Positions 51,051 to 64,000 of a stretch of DNA of 64,000 nucleotides are shown in pieces. The stretch covers positions 14,818,001 to 14,882,000 of the forward strand of contig NC_135767.1 in NCBI RefSeq assembly GCF_052425735.1, read 5' to 3'. Position numbers and translations under genes: made by a program. The notes under the pieces are model-generated. The model was not told the origin of the DNA, made no database searches, and saw nothing but the letters and a program-made list of their open reading frames with translations. How positions within the stretch are numbered: the stretch's first letter is position 1; the number at the start of each line of letters is the position of its first letter. This DNA is from Oculina patagonica. Lineage: Eukaryota.

Positions 51051-52995
51051 GAGCATGTATATTGCAGGCGTTCGGTTAGTTGCAGGGGAGCAGCGCGAAA
51101 AACGGGATAAGCACGAAGAACCGCGAGTGCAAACAAAAAATATATATATAGCGATCACCAACTAACCAAGCGCCTGGAACAGGATATGTTTGTCCAAGCA
51201 GGCAGGACACTTTTAGTCCACATTCGTTGCACGCGCGCCTGTGTGATTTTTTTTTTTCAATTCAGCTTCTAAATAATCCAAGTAGTTTGAACAAAAAAAT
51301 TTCGAAGAATTAACTAAGTATAACGGATATGATGACTTTAACCGGTACGACAATATTATCAGCCGGAATATGGACATGTTTTTTTTTTCAATGTGATTGT
51401 CTACCTCAAGCGGAAATATTAACGGTCATCGGTGAAAATAAATTTTATAAAAAATATAAGGCAAGGCATTAAAGCTTTTATGTCGACGATGTTAAAGTGA
51501 AGACCAAAAGTGTTTAGCAATAGTAGTGCTAATTACAAGGAGGAAAGCACTAGGTTAAAATTAAAAACCGTGATCACTTAATATGTATACCGCCGCTCAA
51601 GCTTTTAACAGTTGATTTAAAAGGTTTTGCCAGTCAAAACTGAATGCGATATTGAATAAGCAAATCCACAACAAAGAAATTTTAAAAAAGTAAATTTCTT
51701 GTGAGTCAGAAAAAATGTATGAATGCCCTTAAATGTATGTCATTAAACCAAGTATGAAAGCTGAATAACAGGTTGTTATGTTTACTCTCGTGTATTGTTA
51801 TAAGCTGGTGGTACTATTCTTTTAAACTATCGGAAATACAATAACTTCTTGACTAAAATGATAGTAAGTTTATTGTAAATGCAATTGATATTCACAGCGT
51901 GTCGCTGAATTAATATTTTGGGTTGAAAGTTTATAATGGCTCTGAAACCGCTCCTAGGATAGTTCTTTTTACTTTGAAGAAAGTTGCAGATCATAACTCA
52001 ATAAACGCGCGCCTCCGTACGTTGACGGCGCTGTCTTTTCAGTTGTCGTCTACCAAACGAACTTTAGAAATGGTTTCCAAGAAATCCTCAACCGTGTCCA
52101 GTGTTCCTCCTTTCACGAAAAAAACTGTACCATGTCATAGGATCGCAAAAATGAAACGGTTCAATTTTAACGTCTCTATCGATTGAACGAGCTGCCATCT
52201 GTTTTATTCGAAAGCCAATATAACTCACTCGTCGTTTTCTTCGACGCGCACCATTCAAATGAAACCGCTTCCAACTCGCTTGACTTTTCTTCTTCTTTTT
52301 TTCAGTGTGAGAGCTACAGAAGAATTTTTGTTTACAATATTTGATTCATTAGCATAAGCATTTACTTTCTGATCGAGCTAAAATATATCAATTCTGAATA
52401 TCGAAAGCATATGGAACGATTATCTGGCGCCTCTAATTTGAGCGCGATGAATTGTACTCTTTCTGTGACGCAGGTTTGAAAACTTTATATTTTACAAATA
52501 ATGTATGGGCGCATTAGTGCTCAACCCAGAAATTTTGCAAATTTTGAACGCTTATATCCCTTTAAATATTGCATACAAAGAGCTAAAAATTTCACCGATA
52601 ATTAAGTTTCACAAGCTCTTTAAATATCTGGAGTCTTTTTATAGCATGATCCCTTTCCTCTACGGAAAGTTGTATCTTACTAAATGAGGCAAAATGTAAA
52701 CAATGGCGACAGCAAAGATAGCAACATTACAGCAAAGATGGTTAAATATCTCATAAAAATCGCTTTCTCGGTTCGCACTCTAAGATACGGATACTCATTT
52801 TTTCCGCTATAATTCGATGAGGAAAAATATTGGTACGTATTGTACGGACCCTTAAAATCGTTTAATAAGAGGTTTATGTTCAGTCCGGCTCAAACAACAA
52901 GAATAAGTCTTTGAATGTCGGTACTCATCGTAGCCAATGTTCATAAAATAAAACAAAATATATTATATATTCACCGAATTTCTCAACTGGGAGAT

Positions 52996-53919
52996 TTAGG
53001 CTGATGTACAAAAGTTCAGTTGTTTGATTGTGTCTTTCGCTGCTCGTCGCACTGTTCTTATCTTCCAACAGTAAAGAATCGGGTTCAGAGACGAGTTTGA
53101 GTAGACAAGAGTTACCGTACCAAAATAGGCCACCTGAATTAATCCTCCTTTCGACATATTTTTTAATCTCAGTATTGAAACAATAATATATGGAACATAA
53201 CAAGCTACTAACGCCATCTGCACCCATGCTATGCTGGACACCGACTTTTTGTATCGTGCTATATTCAATGGAATTCCTCCTCCGTTCGGTTGTCCTTGGT
53301 GAACATGGTCTTGTACTCGAGCTTGATGTTGTCGTAATGTTAAGTAAATCTTCGTGTAAGAGAATATTGAAATTATTAGAGAAAGTACTCCAAAGGTAAT
53401 GACTGCAAACCAGGCAATACGCTTATTCCAAAGATGCATGGATCCACATGAAACGCCAATTGCAAACAAACAAGCTATAACTGCACGAGTTCGTCTCGAA
53501 GTTACAACTTGTCTGTATCTCAGACCCAGCAAGAGAGCTAAAAGTCTGTCCACACTTATTGCGGTCGATGTTAAGACCGATATCCCACACAACATAAAGC
53601 CTGAAACAATGTATCCTTCATCGTGGTAGTTCGTCTTAGTTATACGAGCCACAACAGCGACAGCATATAGTGGCTGTGAAATAAGCCCAGCACAAAGATC
53701 AGTAACCGCCAGACATCGAAGCAGAAGTTTTGTGGGTGGATGAAGATAAGACTCTTTATGAAGAGCGACAATTATCAGAGCATTACCCAGTGTCGCGGTG
53801 ATGGATAGAAAAATGTTCAAGGCTGATAAAAATACAAGTACGCCTGCTTCCCACGATTCTGTGCTTGTTTGGTTCATCTCGCTTGTGTAGTTTCCGTCTC
53901 TAACAGAGACGTTTGCCAT
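52996..53919 (-). CDS. Intronless class A GPCR (inverted orientation)
   Basis: 307-aa ORF with GNA, LAVTD, SVDRL and NSSLNPILY. Confidence 0.9.
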   Translation of the reverse strand: MANVSVRDGNYTSEMNQTSTESWEAGVLVFLSALNIFLSITATLGNALIIVALHKESYLHPPTKLLLRCLAVTDLCAGLISQPLYAVAVVARITKTNYHDEGYIVSGFMLCGISVLTSTAISVDRLLALLLGLRYRQVVTSRRTRAVIACLFAIGVSCGSMHLWNKRIAWFAVITFGVLSLIISIFSYTKIYLTLRQHQARVQDHVHQGQPNGGGIPLNIARYKKSVSSIAWVQMALVACYVPYIIVSILRLKNMSKGGLIQVAYFGTVTLVYSNSSLNPILYCWKIRTVRRAAKDTIKQLNFCTSA

Positions 53920-55529
53920 TGTTCTTGGTAGTGAGTACAGTTTTTCAGTTGTTCAGTTTGTTCTGTTACAAAGGTATGTTTAGATTCGAGTTTAGATGAG
54001 AAGACTGCAGTAGTTAAACCGGCAGTTTCAGTTTCTTTTTTTTTCTTCTTCTTCTTCTTTTTCCGGATTGATGATTAAAAGATTTGCATGCCCAAGTACA
54101 TGCACTCTGGCGATAGCTTTTTGTATTGTATCATTTACAGGCAGGAAGTTAAACCATTCGTTGAGAGGATATGATGTTGTAGGCTTGAATAGTCCAATGT
54201 GTATTCGCTAAATCGATTGCGGTTTTCAATGATGTCGTTGTATAGATGCCACCTGCATAGATCTGCATGTTTGACAACTGCAGGTAACCCAAAACAAATA
54301 AAGCTACTAGTTTGGTTACTGAAACAAAAATTAATACTGTCATATTCGTTTCGCCATGTGATGTCGCATTTGATGGTCTACATGACGTATTCTTATCGTA
54401 TCCTATTCGCAATCGTTGTGATCACTTCTACTTTGTTGTCTGGTCTGATAAATTATGTAGAAATAAGACGATGTGGAGAATAAGGTCTTTTTTAGCTATT
54501 CAATCGTATTTTTTAGTCATTTTCTCTTTTTCGAAAAGCATATGGAGCAGAAATGTCCGATATTGAATCATTGATATAATTATATATGTAGATTTTGGAA
54601 TCACCGACACGTTTCGATAACCTATTCGTTCATTGAGTTTTTTTTTTAGCTGATAGTGTTCTGTCAAATCATTGCATATGAAAGTGACCCCTCGTACAAC
54701 TTAGCATCACTTCAATGATAGGCGAAATTGCACCAACGAAAGACGCTTAAATCCTAGAAAACTGTAAAAAGTAATAAAAACAAAATTAAGAAAGGCTTGC
54801 TCCAAAACAACGTAATTATGTAGTTCAGATGTAGATTAACCAGAAAAGACCAGCTTTAATGACAATTTCATCAAAATAAGTTATCAAAAAAAATAAAATA
54901 AAATAAATATATGTTTATAGTGGTCATGCAGTTAGCTTCATATCTCAACGAGATAGCTAGTTTTCAGGCATGCCACTGAAACAGAGGAAACAAATAATTT
55001 TAAATGAATGCCACCAGAACATACTAAAATAAGGTAAACTTGTAAAATACTACTCGTAGCTAAAATCTGATTGCAAAGAATCGATTTAAATCGTCCCAAA
55101 AGACTATAAAGACACTTTAAATTGCAGATTGGGACATAAGTGATCGCGAAGGAAGCCTGTAAGCGAACTGTTCCTTTGTCGGCGAAATCCGTCTGCATGC
55201 AATACCTCTATTTCTATTTATACAGTTTAATTTTCTCCACCGTGTTAAAAAGGTGTGTCAAAATGTAGTGTTGTAAATAAATTATTTCCTCACAAATAAC
55301 GTTTTTATATATTCCCTCTGAATTAAGTTAATTCTCATTACCGCACACTCCATTTTACCCTGGACGAGATCACGTGACTATTGAAACCATGTGCCTGTCA
55401 TTCGTCTTGTGTCAGTCGAGGATTTAGGCAGGTTTTGGTTTTAGAGGGAAGTTAAATTGTATTTATATTTTTTTATCTGCCTTAAGAAAGGAATTGTTCA
55501 GGTCAGGTCTGCAGTTCTTGCATTCTTAA

Positions 55530-56328
55530 GGTCGCGGGGGATACCTTAGGCTCATCATTATGCATTTATTTAAAGCGTATGCACGAAGTTCAACGACTGA
55601 CATCGAGAACTTTACGACGAGATATTTGCATAAAAAATATGAGCACGCGCGCGTGATTTGATGTGTTTGCGTCTGGAATTGTTTGTCTCTTTGAAAACGC
55701 ATTGTTCTCATCATAAAAGCGTGGAATATAATTACTTTAATTACCATTTTGAAACGGTTTTTTGATCGGGACACCTTCGGAAATCTCAAAGTTTGGACTT
55801 TTCCGACAATTTTGTGGCAGAGAATTCAGCGCGGATATAGAACTTCATGAGCTGCCACTGCAGAGAGGTAATATAGGAATACTGTAGTGTGTCATAACAG
55901 AGGCGGAATTTTAAAAGAGCGCTTTTAGAAAGAGGTAGAAGGCATTCAATTTAAATTTGCGCATTTAAACCGCCATAACTTGCTGGAAAACTTTAAATTA
56001 AAAAATCCGCTTCTGTTATGACACTCTAGAGATATTGACTGATTAGTTTTTGACAAGATCACAGTGTGCTGTCTCCCACTCGTTCTACAAACTCTGCCAC
56101 GAAATCATGTTCTTCCCAGTTTGGCAGTATCGTGGCTATAACATCGCCGTAGGTACAATCTACCAAATAAAAGATGACATACATAATCTTTTATCATTTT
56201 TTTATGTCTCTGTAAAATTTGAGCTTAATCGCATTCATAACAGCCGAGGAATAAGCGTTTTAAAAGATGCAGGTCAAGCAAAATTTCGCTTCATGAATTT
56301 ATTCATGCTGTTTATATCCCCCGCGACC
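55530..56328. mobile_element. Kolobok-like non-autonomous element
   Basis: TTAA-GGTCGCGGGGGATA ... TATCCCCCGCGACC-TTAA: perfect 14-bp TIR and TTAA TSD. Contains an internal inverted repeat at 55889-56024. Confidence 0.75.
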
Positions 56329-56837
56329 TTAAGTGAAGGTATTCTGCCGCTCCGGTTTGTTGTCTAATATATCTGCGTACTATTGTATTTGTAACATCGA
56401 TTGCCCTTATTCAGTTTAAAGATTGGGTGTTTGCTTACAACTTTCAGTAGCTGTTTTACCTTCCCACCGTACTAATTTGGGGTGCTGTTTTGTTCGAAGG
56501 TTGAAAGACAATCTTAGGTCCGATTTTGACCCTCGGGCGAACGGGACATTTGGGCTTTCACACGATGCTTGTGTTCATTTCCATGGCGTCGTCGGACGTA
56601 CGGTTGAAAAATCGTATCCTCGGTTGTCCGTAACATTGTTGTTCTGAGGCTAGAAGTGGTGGGTCAGAGTTAGAGGAACTTGTTTCTCTTTTAATCGACT
56701 CTTATTCCGTTTGGGTAGTCGCTGAGTGCGATTAAAAATCTCGTGCTCAAGGGCCAAATTTTGACACCTTAGTTAAGTGTCCTCTAGCTAATGTTTTTTT
56801 TTTGTTGGCAGCATACTGACTGCTTGTGACTGGCCGT

Positions 56838-56964
56838 CTGACCGACCGACCGACCGACCGACCGACTGACCGACCGACTGACTGACTGACTGACTGTCTA
56901 GCGGCAAGCTGGCTAGCTGGCAGACTCACTGACTGACTGGCTGACTGACTGACTGGCTGACTGG
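56838..56964. repeat. (GACC/GACT)n tetranucleotide microsatellite running into a gap
   Basis: Direct reading. Confidence 0.9.
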
Positions 56965-57136
56965 NNNNNNNNNNNNNNNNNNNNNNNNNNNNNNNNNNNN
57001 NNNNNNNNNNNNNNNNNNNNNNNNNNNNNNNNNNNNNNNNNNNNNNNNNNNNNNNNNNNNNNNNNNNNNNNNNNNNNNNNNNNNNNNNNNNNNNNNNNNN
57101 NNNNNNNNNNNNNNNNNNNNNNNNNNNNNNNNNNNN
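56965..57136. other. Assembly gap
   Basis: Run of N. Confidence 1.
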
Positions 57137-57538
57137 CAAATGGAGTCTCTATTGTTATCACGCTAATTAAAGTGTGTTTTTTTTTTTCGGCATTGTTCAT
57201 TATGTACACAGAACGTGGGGCCACCAGTTATGTTGAGCTTTGGGGAAATACATGTATGAACTTGAGAGCTCTTTGATAGGTAAATTTTTTAATTATTTTT
57301 CCTGTTTAAGTAGATAATTTAAACTCTAAATACCACCAGAGAGCACCCTGAAGAATAACACTTTTCATATTTTTCTCGTGAAGTGCCCGCAGACCCCTCC
57401 TTCGTACAATAAGGGAAACTTTTTTTCCCGACCCTTTTCCTTATCAAGGCACTGAATACAGCGGCGTTGGCAACTTTTTGTTGACCCGTCTGATAAATTT
57501 TGTGACCCCTTGCTTCAAAAACTTAACTGGAACACTGC

Positions 57539-59232
57539 ACCCAAGTTTACTTAGAAATAATAATCCAGCACGAGGTCAATACGCTGCCCAACAACAACAT
57601 AAGTTTCATATGCAACTCAAGTAAGTCAGAAAAATCCAGCACAAGGTTAATATGCTGTCCTCAGATAACATGAGTTCCATAAGGAACTCCCCGTCAAAGT
57701 ATGACAAAATAATCCAGCATGAGGTCAATTAAGTTAAAAATTAATTAAATTTTAATTTCATAACGTGAGTTCCATAAGGAACTCACCACCCAAGTAAGAC
57801 ATAATAATCTTGCAGGAGGTCAATATGCTACCCTCAGATAAGATGGGTTCCATAAGGAACTCACAAGCCAAGTAAGAGAGAATTACCCAGCACAAGGTCA
57901 ATCTTTTGCCCACCGATAACATAAGTTCCAGACCTAACTCACCCCCCCAAGTAAGTCAGAAAAATCCAGCACAAGGTCAATATGCTGCCCTCAGAAAACG
58001 TGAGTTCCACAAGGAACTCACCATGCAAGTAAAACAGAATAATCCAGCACGAGGTAAATATGCTGCCCTCAGATAACATGAGTTCCATAAAGAACTCACT
58101 AGCCAAATAAGACAAAATAATCTAAAAAGAGGTCAATATGCTGCCACAGATAACATGAGTTCCATAAGGAATTCACCACCCAAGTATGAATTAATAATTT
58201 AGCACAAGATTAATATACTGCTCTAAGATAAGATAAGTTCCAACTCTCCACCCAAGTTTGCTGCCCAGCGACAACATAAGTTTCATACGCAACTCACCAC
58301 TCAAGTAAGTCAAAAAAGTCCAGCAAAACGTTAATATGCTGCCCTCAGATAACATGAGCAGCATAAGGAACTCACCACTCAAGTTTCATAATCCAGCATG
58401 GGGTCAATATGCTGCCCTCAGATAAAATGAGTTCCATAAGGAACTTAACAGTCAAGAAAGAGACAATTACCCAGCACGAGTTCAATATGTTGCCCACCGA
58501 TAACATAAGTTACATACGGAACTCAGCACCCAAGTTAGTCAGAAAAATCCAGCACAACGCCAATATGTTGGCCTCAGAAAACGTGAGTTCCATAAGGAAC
58601 TCATCACAAAAGTAAGACAGAATAATCCAGCACGAGGGCAATATGCTGAAAATGGATAACATGAGTTCCATAAGGAATTCACCAGCCCAGTAAGACAAAA
58701 TAATCTAGCATGAGGTCAATTTGCTACCCACAGATAAAATGAGTTCCATAAGGAACTCACCACACCACACAAGTTTGAATTAATAATCCAGCACGAGGTC
58801 AATATACTGCTCTCAGATAAGATGCATTCCATTAGGAAATCACCACCCAAGTTTACGTGGAAATAATAATCTAGCACGAGGTCAATATGGTGCCCTCAGA
58901 TAACGTGAGTTCCATACGGAATCTCACAACCCACGTTAGTCAGAAAAATCCAGCACAAGGTCAATATGTTGGCCTCAGAAAACGTGAGTTCCATAATGAA
59001 CTCATCATACAAGTAAGACAGAATAATCCAGCATAGGGGCAATATGCTGACCTAGGATAACATGAGTTCCATAAGGAACTCGCCAGCCAAGTATGAATTA
59101 ATAATCTAGCACGAGGTCAATATACTGCTCTCAGATAAGATGAGTTCCATAAGGAACTCACCACCCAAGTTTACTTAGAAATAATAATTCAGCACAAGGT
59201 CATTATGCTGCCCAACGACAACCTAAGTTTAT
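57539..59232. repeat. ~78-bp tandem satellite, ~21-22 monomers, with an internal palindrome
   Basis: Consensus aatccagcacgaggtcaatatgctgccctcagataacaTGAGTTCCataaGGAACTCAccacccaagtaagacagaat. Period 78 measured between 57963 and 58041. Confidence 0.9.
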
Positions 59233-60924
59233 ACAAATCCCCCTTTTCCCCTCCATAAAATGTCCAAAACTTAATTTGCAGTGACAGTTTTGAAAGTTTT
59301 CTGACGTCATTTCTATGGTCTATAAGAGTGTAGACCATGGAAAAATGTGGTCGATTTGTTAACTTCACACTGAAGCAGCCCTTTTTTTTTGTTTGTTTGT
59401 TTGTTATTTTCTTTTAATGTACAAAACTGTAGTTGTCGTTGTCAGGTACAGAATTGTCTTTGTCGTTGTCACGCATATATGACGAACCGCTGTATAATAA
59501 ATTGTTGCTTACAAATTCCGTCAGAATAAAAAAAAAACCGTATGTTCGCTCTGGAAGGCAGCGAAATACTGAGTTCGAGAAGGCGCAATGCTATCTGATG
59601 TGAGCCCTCAGTGCGGTGACGGAATAGAATTAGTTTTATGCTATTGTTACAGCTGACCCCCATTCTAAACCCGCATATCGCTTGAGGGAGGGAGAGCGCT
59701 GCAAACAGATTTCTATTTGTCAGCAGTCTCCCTCAAAGCACATATATATATATACATATGTATTCTTTCTCCTTTTACACCAGACTGGCTTTTTCATCGT
59801 GTTTTATTCAGTGTTTTATCTCCGTCGGCTTTTCTCGCTGTCTACTTTTAGATTAAGTTTTCTCCAGCGCTCCCGTCCCTTTACCTACTTGTTTCTTTCT
59901 TACCTGAAAGCTACAGCTATTCCCCTAGTCTAAATCTAGATAACTTCGTTCAATTTTGTAGTGGGCGTTCTCGTCGGGGATCCTCTGGGCTGTTTCTTTT
60001 ACAAAACTACTAAGTCATCTCTTTTCCGTAATTCCTTCTTCGTACGTATAACCAGTCTATAGAACGCAATACCGATCGCAATAAGATCGGAGATGACATT
60101 AGCATCCTTTAAGAATAAGTTACAATTGTATTTATAAGAAAGACTACGTTCAGTATTCCATCACGATGACATTGGTACGTATAAATTAGTTAATCCAAAA
60201 TGCCGCCGTGTAAATACTGTTTTGCGTTGTTCTTGTTAGCTCTTTTCTTTGGAATATTTATTTCTTTTTGTTTTCATTGTTATTTATATTGGGGTTCTAG
60301 GAAATGGGATATAGATTTTTTTTTCAGGGGGGATGGTTTGGTGGTGGGTCAACCTTGTAGGGGACTTAGTTTTCCTTTGTGAACTTACCTTCCGTAGGGC
60401 TAATTTGTAAAAAAAATAAAAATAAAAATAAATCTGCAAAACTTCATTCTTACCTGGAAAACGCCCGCGGCATCGCATATCGCACAACAATTACACCAGG
60501 AAACAGCGGCACATCACATGCACAGGTTTATCAACTAATACAATGTTAGGAATAAATAATGAAGAGCTGAAGATCTAGTTTTGTCATTTGAAAGAAAACT
60601 GCATTTTGGCTTTTAAAAGGTGTTTTATACTAAATACGAGTTAAACGCAGGAACGAATGAATATGGTAAGCCCAATCTAACAGTACTAGGAAACAGACGA
60701 CCTTGAAAACAGCTATTTGGCGTTTCAAACTCTAATTGTACGCTCAACATAAGACTCTACCACTTGGTAAACATAAAAAATGATAATGCAAGCGGACAGG
60801 TATTAGATACTCGCCACTCCGACATAAACTGAAATTATGGCGAAGAGCTACTATCTCGACTAAGAAGATTTGCGCAAAACAAGGGAAAAAGACAAAGATT
60901 AAGAAGAGCTACACACTAAGAAGA

Positions 60925-61810
60925 ATGGCGAATGTTACTGAAGACGGAAACTTCACAAGCGCGCAAAACCAAACAAGCACGCCAATATGGCATACAGGCG
61001 TATTTGCTTTCCTTTCAGCCTTAAACATTTTCCTATCCATCACCGCATCACTGGGCAATGCTCTGATTCTTGTTGCTCTTTATAAAGAGACTTCTATGTA
61101 CCCCCCGACCAAACTTTTTTTCCGATGTCTGGCAATCACTGAATTTTCCGTTGGCCTTATTTCCCAGCCGCTATTTTCTGTGTATCTTACGTCATCCATA
61201 ACAACTGGGATGAACTCGAATATCGAACAGTACATCAGTGCCGTTAATGGCCTTTCGAGTTTCACTTTGTGCGAAGTATCAGTCTTCACATCCACCGCAA
61301 TAAGCGTAGACAGATTCCTCGCCCTTTTGAAGGGGCTGAGATATAAGCACGTTGTAACATTAAGGCGAGTTCGGGCAGTAATAAATTGCTTTTGGTTTAT
61401 CGAATGTATTGATGTACTTTTGGAACATAAGGATTGCCATAACTGTAGGCGTTACCCTTATGACATTTTTCTAGCAACATCAGTGGTTTTTTTCACGAAG
61501 ATTTATCTCAAGCTTCAACATCATCAACTTCAAGTGCAAGTCCCCGAAGGACGATATGCACGATACAAGAAATCAGTTTCCAGTGTATTGTGGGTACAGA
61601 TTGTATTAGTTAGTTGTTATGTACCATTCATTGTAGCTGTTATGATGGAGATATACGGCAGAATGTTTGGAAATAAGCTTCATATCGTTTTTCGCCTAAT
61701 ATAAACCCTTACCTACCTAAATTCGTCTTTAAACCCGATTCTTTACTGCTGGAGGATCAGAACAATACGACAAGCAGCGAAGGACACGATTAAACAATAA
61801 ACTGCTGCAA
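60925..61810 (+). pseudogene. GPCR pseudogene
   Basis: Normal TM1-3 (SVDRF). TM4/5 scrambled by compensating frameshifts (~61400-61470). Premature TAA at 61702 precedes [19 protein letters not shown], with a further stop at ~61798. Confidence 0.8.
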
Positions 61811-62084
61811 ATCGCGGTCTTACACATTTTAGTGGAGTAGATCATTTACTGCAATGATTACAGTGAGAGGCCTACTCCAGTCGTTAGGGTCGGACGGAAT
61901 ACTTCATAATTTGCAGAATAACGGTGCCACAGTCTAGAGGGCTAATGCGGTTGATAGAAAACCGTAAAACCGTATGACTATTTTCCCGAAAGTCGTGTCA
62001 GAAAGCTGCTCTTACACTTTAAGTCTCCTAATAAAATAAAACCTGTCGGAGAGTTCCGGACTGTAGCTGCGAGTAACTTGTGTA

Positions 62085-62498
62085 CCGTATTTATTCGATT
62101 AAACGCCGCGCGGTTTATTATTTTTTTTCGCGATTCGAGTGCGGCGTTTATTCGAGAGCGGAGTTTATACGATGGCGGCGTTTCTTAAAAATTCAGCTTA
62201 TTTTTTTGCTAACAATAGCATGGTTGACAACTGAAAATTTGAGTTTAAAAAACAAAAAATGTTTTAGTGCTTCTCTAAAAAAGTCATTTTTGATAGCTTT
62301 TAACATTGTTACAATCAAGGAAAACATTATTAGGCTTCCTCAAACTTGATTTTTACTGAGTTTGCTTTTTGACCCTATTAATGGAATAAACGCCGCATTA
62401 TGATGCGGCGTTTATTCGAGGGCGGCTTTTATTAATATTTCTACCATTATGTGCGGCGTCTGATCTATTCGAGGGGGCGTTTAATAGAATAAATACGG
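62085..62498. mobile_element. Tc1/mariner (pogo/Tigger-type) MITE
   Basis: TA-ccgtatttattcgattaaacgcc ... ggcgtttaatagaataaatacgg-TA. Confidence 0.75.
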
Positions 62499-62826
62499 TA
62501 TATATATATGAAAATTCAATCAACCTAGTGGGTAACGGTGCGTGACATAACCGTAAGCGAAAAGGCGGACTAATGCAAACAACAAATCTGGCAGCGAGCG
62601 GAAATAGCGAGTCGAAGCTATCAATAAAGAAGACAGATGGTGTTTTTTTTTTTCTTGTATCTCAGTATTTTCTTTTTCAGCACGAAACTTACCTTTGTTA
62701 TAGCATTCATTCAAAGTTTACTACGATAATAAAAAATCAACTGACATTTACGATCGCGCAAGACATTAAACATCTAATCTGCGCCGTAAACTATACTGCC
62801 GTTATTTACGTCAATAGACTCTGGCC

Positions 62827-62991
62827 AATAGCCCAATTTCGATATATTAAAATTCAGCCTAAAACAATAGTCCTCAGGACGAGACTCCGGGACCAATTTA
62901 TAGAGTTTGTGGGGTTTATTCCCCGGAGCCTCGTCCTGAGGTCTATTGTTTTAGGCTGAATTTTAATATATCGAAAAAATTTTGGGCTATT
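62827..62991. mobile_element. Short foldback MITE
   Basis: About 65-bp near-perfect arms: aatagcccaatttcgatatattaaaattcagcctaaaacaatag... and its reverse complement. Confidence 0.75.
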
Positions 62992-64000
62992 AGTGTCGAT
63001 TCCGACCGGGCAACCTTGGGCAAGTCAATTGATATCACTGTGTAAGCGTGAGGTTCATTAACTATACCAATACCTTTTACCTAAATACCTATAAATATTT
63101 CACCTATACCTATACCGTTATGAATGATAATAATTCACCTGTACGTTTACCCAAACCTAAACCTATACCCTCACGGGGCATATCTTTTTCCATGGTATAC
63201 CACTTATGATAATGAGTTTGATCCTTAATATGCTAAGTCCGGATTATTCCGGGATTTGGAGGAAAGGCCATTCAACCACCTATGACATCACCAACTTACA
63301 CGTCAGAAGATTTTTGTGACGTGCAACTTATAGTGTTTGGATAGATTTTTCCACAGGAATGTCCGTCTTGACTACTGACTGCATTCTGACAGAGCTAATC
63401 ATAAAAAACGCGATCAGTTTTTGGTGTAAAATTGGAGCTAAAACATGCAGGCCAATATACCCGTACTTGATCATGGTCTCCTTTCCAGGGCTTTCCATTG
63501 ATTAAGATCAAAACTTTACAGGCCTGTAGAAGAGGTGCACAAAGTAAAAGATAAAGACAATAAGAAAGAAGAGAAAAACGAAAAGGAAAGGAGCAAGGAA
63601 AAAAGTCGGAACAGTTCAGCAAAAAAAAAAATTGGCTTATGCGCATGCGCCAAGTAAAATGTTGTACATTTTTACAAGGAAATTGCATCAAAAACCTACT
63701 GCAGAGAAAGTTAGGACAGTAGAGCCAAGAAAATCGATTAACGTTTAAAAAAACCTGTTTTTGGAGAAATTTCAGCATATTAAGGGTTAAAACAAAAGAA
63801 AATAACGTTTGGTCCAAGGATAAATTTGAACCACATCATATGTACATGTTTTGTTGTTGTTGTGGTTGTTATGTGTGTTTTTTTTAACAGGAGTTCACTG
63901 TTTTTTTAACTGCCAAGTATTTGTATCTTTTCCACTACTCAGTCATATTGAATATTTATTTGACCATCCCCCTGTAGCCATCCATCTGACTGTTCTGATT

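Noticed and set aside
56747-57224. ORFs containing poly-X (also 40302-40505)
   Set aside because: They span assembly gaps (and, at 56747-57224, a microsatellite).
57539-59232. CRISPR-like array (regular palindromic repeats), or a 26-aa repeat protein (78 = 26 codons)
   Set aside because: The sequence between palindromes is itself repeated, so there are no unique spacers. There are no cas genes and the context is eukaryotic. Indels and stops break all frames.

Overview
Eukaryotic, AT-rich, intron-containing animal DNA, most likely cnidarian (stony-coral-like). This is inferred from the intronless DRL-type GPCR expansion and the MITE/SINE repertoire. The window holds: (1) two divergently oriented, spliced VWA7-like genes for secreted proteins (gene A, minus strand, 2839-14839, with a 21-nt poly-Arg micro-exon and a tandem duplication of its 3' end; gene B, plus strand, 41824-46035); (2) a single-exon TMEM121/CECR6-like membrane protein; (3) an intact 7-exon ARL8-like small GTPase, almost invisible in the ORF track, whose catalytic switch-II Gln is replaced by Ser; (4) a birth-and-death cluster of intronless class A GPCRs (4 intact, 2 pseudogenes); (5) many mobile elements, including a decayed Gypsy, a CR1/L2 LINE nested in a MITE, tRNA-derived SINEs and several MITE superfamilies; (6) a 78-bp palindrome-containing satellite, a 1.27-kb polypyrimidine intron and two assembly gaps. 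The most interesting candidates are the VWA7-derived proteins, which seem to have lost the HET-C-like His/Asp core and carry Gly-polybasic (convertase plus amidation-type) sites between modules, and the putatively GTP-locked ARL8 paralog. Family assignments come from recalled motifs, not database searches.
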